Assembly: GCA_039589315.1 (NCBI GenBank)
Contig: JBDHHQ010000147.1
Coordinates: 1-10,931 of the forward strand
From: Gemmatimonadota bacterium
GTDB taxonomy: Bacteria; Gemmatimonadota; Gemmatimonadetes; Longimicrobiales; Gaopeijiaceae
Length of the DNA: 10,931 bases
Direction: 5' to 3'
Below the pieces are notes generated by a model. The model did not search any database and had not been told where the DNA came from. It saw only the letters and a list, made by a program, of their open reading frames with translations. Positions 6,500-10,931 of this stretch are shown here, one piece after another. The first letter of the stretch is position 1. Every line of letters starts with the position of its first letter. The translations under genes and the position numbers were made by a program.

Positions 6500-8446
6500 T
6501 CACCGCGGCAGATCGATCGCGGGGTTCCGATCGAAGAACCCTGCCGGCTTGATGTCGAAGCCGTGAAGCTCGAGGGGTAGGATGGGCCAATCCTCGGGCC
6601 GGGCCACGTGGTGGAAGCCGATGGTATACCACAAGACGATGTCGGTGTTCTCGACCGGGCGGTTCTCACGCGTCCAACGCGGCAGACCGTCCCCCGCCTC
6701 GCTGCTGGTGGGATAGTCCCCGGCGGCGTAGAGCTCGTCCGGGCGCATGGGTGTAGCCCACAACGTGTGCTGGGTGAAGCCAGCCCGCCGCTGCATGTAG
6801 TCGTCCGGGCTCAGTAGCGTCCGGGCGCCGTGGCCCTCGAGCAGGTATCCGGTCGGGTATCCCATTCGTCCGGTCTCGGACGGATTCACGACCCGCCAGT
6901 ACTCGGGTGCCGTGAGGGTGGACGTCCGCATGGCGTCGGATTCCCGTCGGGCGACCTCCGTCTGCACGCGCCACACGCTCCGCCGGGGATTGTCCTCCAG
7001 CTCCTCCGTCACCAGCCGGTCCACGAGCAGAGAGTTGTGCGGCCCGTCGATATCGAAGTCCATCCGGAAGTTGAAGAAATGGCTGTGGTTGACTGCCACC
7101 AGATAAGGCGCCACATAACGTCCGTACCGGTCGTCCTCGGAGCTCCCGTTGTCCGCTGGGGCTGCCGAGCGATGCGCGACCGCTTTCATCTGGTCGATGC
7201 CGGTGGCGGCGAGGTTGACCCTAATCGCGCCGTCTTGTTTGAACACCCAGTCGAAGAGGTAGTCGTAGTTGCCCGCACCCATGACCATCCGGAGCACCAG
7301 ATCCCGCCGGGCCCGGCTCTCCACGACCGTGCCCCGGGTGTGACGCCAGGCGGGCTCGGCGCCGGGCCGCTCGAAGAGGCACGCGACGCGGGGGCGTTGA
7401 GTGGGCGAGCCGTCGGGGCTCACCACGTACGTATCGAAGAACGTGGCGTGGGCCGGACAGTCCTGGCCCGGCTGCATGGCGCTGGCCACGCCCCCGAACT
7501 CGGAGGGGTAGGTGCCCAGGTCGTAATAGGCCTGATGGTTCCACGGCTCTGCCGGATCCTGGTAGGGCACGAACAGCTCTGAGAGTGAGGCCTGGTAGAG
7601 CACCGGCCGGAAGCCGCCGTCGTGCTCCTGGTGGCCCACGAGCGACAACACCAGCCCCCGACGTTGATCGACCCGGAAGTGGAACTTCCAGCCCTCCCAG
7701 CTCACCTGATGGCCGTCGAGCTGGTACCCCACACCTTCGGGCTGGGAGACGACGATGGGAGGGAGCGCCGCACGCGTCGGCCCCACAGCCTCGTCATGAT
7801 GCTCACCGATGGACGGTGTGGGCGGCGTAGCGCCCTCATCGATCACCCTGAGCACCTCGCCGGTCTTCAAATCGACGACGGCCGTGAGGCTGCCAATGGG
7901 TGAGCCGAGACCCGAGATGCTGCCGATCCTGTTCCAGCAGGTCACCCGTGCCAGCCTGCGTCCACGCTCCTCTTCCGTGTCGAAGTAGCCGTCGGAGATG
8001 GGGTAGCAGATCAGCATGTCCGGATCCGTGATGCCTCGGGCCTCGAGGCCGGCCACCCACGCGGGATGCTCCATGAGCGTCTCCGCCCCCTCGAATTCCG
8101 TGGCATAGGTCATATACTGGCGATCCGTGACCTCCCGGAAGTCCAACAGCGCGCGGCTGGACAAGTCGACCACGGCTTCGTACCCAGTGGCGGACTGAAC
8201 CAGGTGCACCCGGGCCTGCCGCTGAAACTCGGCACCCGGCTGCCACGCCAGCACGTCGGCCTTCGAGGGCTCGTCCAGCCCGACGTACAGAATCTGGGCC
8301 TCGGCCTCCAGCTGACCCGAGTCTCGCAACGTCTCGTACAGCGCCCAATGCTCCGCGGCGGAGAGGCCGTCCAGCGGGTGCGTCGGCGCTTGCGCCAGAA
8401 CGGGAAATGGGATCGCCAGAGACGCGAGGAGTGCCATACGTCGCAC
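6500..8446 (-). CDS. tynA: Secreted copper-containing (topaquinone) primary-amine oxidase, 648 aa
   Basis: HPLDGLS start of D2 domain; WEGWKFHFRVDQRRGLVL; SLSELFVPYQDP; active-site base Asp in AYYDLG; DCP...CLFE Cys pair; TPQ-precursor GNYDY (7259-7273); Cu ligands HSH (about 7079-7087) and GFHHVARPEDWP; FFDRNPAID C-terminus. AGGAG is 7 nt before GTG 8446 but only 1 nt before TTG 8452, so 8446 is preferred. Signal peptide MRRMALLASLAIPFPVLA|Q. The symbol denotes family homology; substrate is not established. Confidence 0.95.
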   Translation of the reverse strand: MRRMALLASLAIPFPVLAQAPTHPLDGLSAAEHWALYETLRDSGQLEAEAQILYVGLDEPSKADVLAWQPGAEFQRQARVHLVQSATGYEAVVDLSSRALLDFREVTDRQYMTYATEFEGAETLMEHPAWVAGLEARGITDPDMLICYPISDGYFDTEEERGRRLARVTCWNRIGSISGLGSPIGSLTAVVDLKTGEVLRVIDEGATPPTPSIGEHHDEAVGPTRAALPPIVVSQPEGVGYQLDGHQVSWEGWKFHFRVDQRRGLVLSLVGHQEHDGGFRPVLYQASLSELFVPYQDPAEPWNHQAYYDLGTYPSEFGGVASAMQPGQDCPAHATFFDTYVVSPDGSPTQRPRVACLFERPGAEPAWRHTRGTVVESRARRDLVLRMVMGAGNYDYLFDWVFKQDGAIRVNLAATGIDQMKAVAHRSAAPADNGSSEDDRYGRYVAPYLVAVNHSHFFNFRMDFDIDGPHNSLLVDRLVTEELEDNPRRSVWRVQTEVARRESDAMRTSTLTAPEYWRVVNPSETGRMGYPTGYLLEGHGARTLLSPDDYMQRRAGFTQHTLWATPMRPDELYAAGDYPTSSEAGDGLPRWTRENRPVENTDIVLWYTIGFHHVARPEDWPILPLELHGFDIKPAGFFDRNPAIDLPR

Positions 8447-8793
8447 GGTCAATCTCCTGCCTGGGGGGATGGGGCGACAGCGTAAGTCGCCCGGGCCTGA
8501 TTGGCCAGAGGCGACGTTGGCGGCTCAACCCCCGTCAGGGCGTCGGTCCGCGAAGTCCATGAACCGCGGCTGAGTCCCCAGGCCCACGCCCCGATCGTGC
8601 CCCACTCGTCCGGCTCCGGGGCGTAGCCCCACCTCTCGGAGCGGGACCTTCCCCACGGCCAACGCGTGCCGGGCCGCCCAGGTTGTCGAGAAACGACGCC
8701 CGGTGCGAGGGACGGGTGTGTCCTCTCGCGCGAGGGGGCCATGTCCCACGGATGGCTTCCCACCGGCCTCACCCTCGAGCATGGAGTGGACCC
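8447..8793. promoter_or_regulatory. Divergent intergenic region (amine oxidase / M14 peptidase), expected to contain promoters for both
   Basis: About 350 bp without a credible ORF between divergent starts, each with an SD-like motif. Several short inverted repeats, e.g. GGGCGAC-N7-GTCGCCC at 8472-8492. No promoter boxes could be assigned confidently. Confidence 0.5.
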
Positions 8794-10931
8794 ATGTCGC
8801 GAACCAGGTTGAGCACGGAACGCGCGTCGAGCGCGCGACCCACGCCGGTCAGATACCTGGCTCTTGCCGTCGTCTCCCTCTTCCTCGCCGTCCCGGCGTC
8901 GTCCCAGGTGCCCCATCCGCGGGACGTCTTCGGCTTCACCCCCGGCGACGACTACCAGTTGGCGGATTACGGCCAGATGCTGGAGTACTACGACCGTCTG
9001 GACGTGGCGAGCGACCGGGTGCAGAAGATCGAATTCGGACACAGCGCCCTGGGGAAGCCCATGATCCTGCTGTTCATCTCGAGCGAGGAGAACCTGGCCC
9101 AGCTCGATCACTGGCAGGAGACGGCCGAGAAGCTGGCTCGGGCGCGAATCAGCGAGGACGAGGCTCGGGAGCTCGCAGCGAACGGCAAAGCCGTCATCTG
9201 GATCGATGGCGGCATGCACGCCACCGAGCGGGCCCATGCGCAAATGACGTCGCTGCTGGCGTACCGGGTCGCGACGGAGGAGTCGCCCGAGATGCAGCGC
9301 ATCCGGGACGACGTGATCCTGCTGCTGAACCCAGTCATCAACCCCGACGGCCTGGACATCTCCACCAACTGGTACCGTCAGAACCGGGGCACTGCTTTCG
9401 AGACCACGGGTCCGCCCATCCTCTACCACCACTACGTGGGGCACGACAACAACCGGGACTGGTTCATGATCCTCCAGCCCGAGACCCAGGCCGTGTCGGA
9501 GATGATCTACCACGAGTGGTATCCGCAGATCGTCTACAACCATCACCAGACCGGCCCGCCCTGGGCGCGCATGTTCATCCCGCCCTTCGCCGATCCCGTG
9601 AACCCCCACATTCCAGCCGGCGTGATCACGGGCGTGAACCTCGTGGGCGCGGCCATGCATCAGCGGTTCGCCGAAGAGGAGAAGCCCGGCGTGATCTCCC
9701 GGGTGCTCTTCTCCATGTGGTGGAACGGAGGGGGCCGGACGGCGCCGTACTATCACAACATGATCGGGATCCTCTCGGAGACGAGTCACTCCACTCCCAC
9801 GCCCCGCTACTACGATCCCGCGGAGCGGCCCGACCCGCTCAACCCGTACGGGGGGCGGAGGGAGGCCTCGGTGCCGACGTCGCGGCCATCCATCTGGTAT
9901 CCCGACCCCTGGGAAGGCGGCTGGTCGCACTTCCGGGACGCCGTGGATTACATGATAACCGGCTCCATGGCCGTGCTCGACATCGGATCGCGGCGTCGGG
10001 AGCAGTGGCTCTACAACATCTACGACATGGGCCGGGACGCCATCGAAGCCGGTGAGGCAGGTGCGCCGTTCGCCTACGTGGTCCCGCCCGCCCAGTGGGA
10101 TCCCGCCGAGACGGTCGAGATGATCAACGCGCTCCGAAGGGGAGGAATCGAAGTCCACCAGGCCCGCTCGGAATTCCAGGCCGCGGGCACCACCTACGCA
10201 GCCGGCAGCTACGTGCTCTTCACGGCCCAGGCCTTCCGGCCCTACCTCATGGACCTGATGGAACCCCAGGCCTACCCCGATCGGCGCCGGTACGCCGGGG
10301 GGCCACCGGACCCGCCGTATGACCTGGCCGGCTGGACGCTTCCCATCCAGATGGGCGTGCAGGTCGACCGTATCGACGAGGCCTTCGCTGTCCGGGCGGA
10401 CGCCGTCGACGAGGCCCGAGTCGCGGCCGGCTCGGTCTCGGGCAGCGGATCGTGGGGCTTCGCCCTGTCCCGGCGCCCGAACGCCTCGGCCGTGGCCGCC
10501 AACCGGCTCCTCGCGGATGGGGCGACCGTCCACTGGGCGACCGGGCCGTTCACGGCCGACGGTCAGGCCTTCGAGGCGGGGACCGCCGTGATCGAGGCTG
10601 GGGGCGCCGCCGCCGGATCGATCGAGGGGCTCGCCTCGGACTTCGGGCTCGATTTCACTCGGCTGGCGAGTCGCCCGGACATCGCCCTCGAGGAGCTGCG
10701 AACGCCCCGTATCGCCATGTACAAGTCGTGGATGCCCAACATGGACGAGGGCTGGACCCGGTGGGTGCTGGAGCAATACGGCTTCCCCGTCGACACGCTT
10801 CACGACGCGGACCTCCAGACCGTCGACCTCTCCGGATATGACGCGGTCATCCTGCCGTCCCAGGACGCGGGAGACATCCTCAACGGCCACGCGGTCGGAA
10901 CGATGCCCGAGGGGTACACCGGGGGTGTGGG
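8794..10931 (+). CDS. Secreted M14-family zinc carboxypeptidase-like metallopeptidase with a probable C-terminal GATase1-like domain (partial, runs off the right edge)
   Basis: Manual translation from ATG 8794 (GGAG 7 nt upstream): MSRTRLSTERASSARPTPVRYLALAVVSLFLAVPASS|QVPHPRDVFGFTPGDDYQLADY... M14 motifs GGMHATE (HxxE), VINPDG, GHDNNRD, VYNHHQ and GILSET (candidate catalytic Glu). Later RIAMYKSWMPNMDEGWTRWVLEQYGF..YDAVILP. No in-frame stop was seen to the window end, which is why the ORF track omits it. Confidence 0.93.
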   Translation, partial: MSRTRLSTERASSARPTPVRYLALAVVSLFLAVPASSQVPHPRDVFGFTPGDDYQLADYGQMLEYYDRLDVASDRVQKIEFGHSALGKPMILLFISSEENLAQLDHWQETAEKLARARISEDEARELAANGKAVIWIDGGMHATERAHAQMTSLLAYRVATEESPEMQRIRDDVILLLNPVINPDGLDISTNWYRQNRGTAFETTGPPILYHHYVGHDNNRDWFMILQPETQAVSEMIYHEWYPQIVYNHHQTGPPWARMFIPPFADPVNPHIPAGVITGVNLVGAAMHQRFAEEEKPGVISRVLFSMWWNGGGRTAPYYHNMIGILSETSHSTPTPRYYDPAERPDPLNPYGGRREASVPTSRPSIWYPDPWEGGWSHFRDAVDYMITGSMAVLDIGSRRREQWLYNIYDMGRDAIEAGEAGAPFAYVVPPAQWDPAETVEMINALRRGGIEVHQARSEFQAAGTTYAAGSYVLFTAQAFRPYLMDLMEPQAYPDRRRYAGGPPDPPYDLAGWTLPIQMGVQVDRIDEAFAVRADAVDEARVAAGSVSGSGSWGFALSRRPNASAVAANRLLADGATVHWATGPFTADGQAFEAGTAVIEAGGAAAGSIEGLASDFGLDFTRLASRPDIALEELRTPRIAMYKSWMPNMDEGWTRWVLEQYGFPVDTLHDADLQTVDLSGYDAVILPSQDAGDILNGHAVGTMPEGYTGGV

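Noticed and set aside
6381..6632. N-terminal extension of DinB overlapping the amine oxidase
   Set aside because: ATG 6380 has GAGGAG at ideal spacing followed directly by a signal peptide.
1189..8485. Numerous other ORF-track entries (e.g. 1189..1977, 2032..2883, 2992..3912, 5781..6566, 6830..7582, 7836..8528)
   Set aside because: All overlap well-supported genes in alternative frames or antisense and lack motifs; expected from stop-codon scarcity at high GC.
8703..10055. 450-aa plus-strand ORF
   Set aside because: Off-frame overlap of the M14 gene with Arg/Pro/Gly-rich composition; the M14 motifs are in the frame starting at 8794.
8449..10890. 813-aa minus-strand ORF
   Set aside because: Codon-aligned antisense shadow of the M14 peptidase, typical of high-GC3 genes; no motifs.
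1..10931. Mobile element, CRISPR array, tRNA/rRNA, defence system or RiPP precursor
   Set aside because: No transposase/integrase motifs, regularly spaced repeats, cloverleaf or credible small precursor peptide were seen. The TPR protein lacks nuclease, TIR or NTPase effector domains.

Overview
High-GC (roughly 70% by eye) bacterial chromosomal segment, entirely protein-coding apart from short intergenic gaps. The gene-family mix resembles Gemmatimonadota/Acidobacteriota-type genomes (inference only). There are seven genes. (1) A partial FHA-domain protein, minus strand, running off the left edge and missed by the ORF track. (2) A group II PLP-dependent amino-acid decarboxylase (+). (3-6) Four minus-strand genes, in transcription order: secreted copper/TPQ amine oxidase, secreted DinB-family protein, membrane-anchored TolB-like/TPR protein, and secreted N-acyl-D-amino-acid deacylase-like amidohydrolase. 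(7) A partial secreted M14 zinc carboxypeptidase (+), running off the right edge and also missed by the ORF track. No rRNA, tRNA, CRISPR array or mobile element was seen. The best leads are: a possible peptide to amino acid to amine to aldehyde catabolic neighbourhood; a Met/His-rich exported DinB next to the Cu amine oxidase; Gln at +1 after all four predicted signal peptides; a degenerate FHA domain followed by CxxC; and an AT-rich, palindrome-rich patch inside the decarboxylase. None of these is proven to be a new system.
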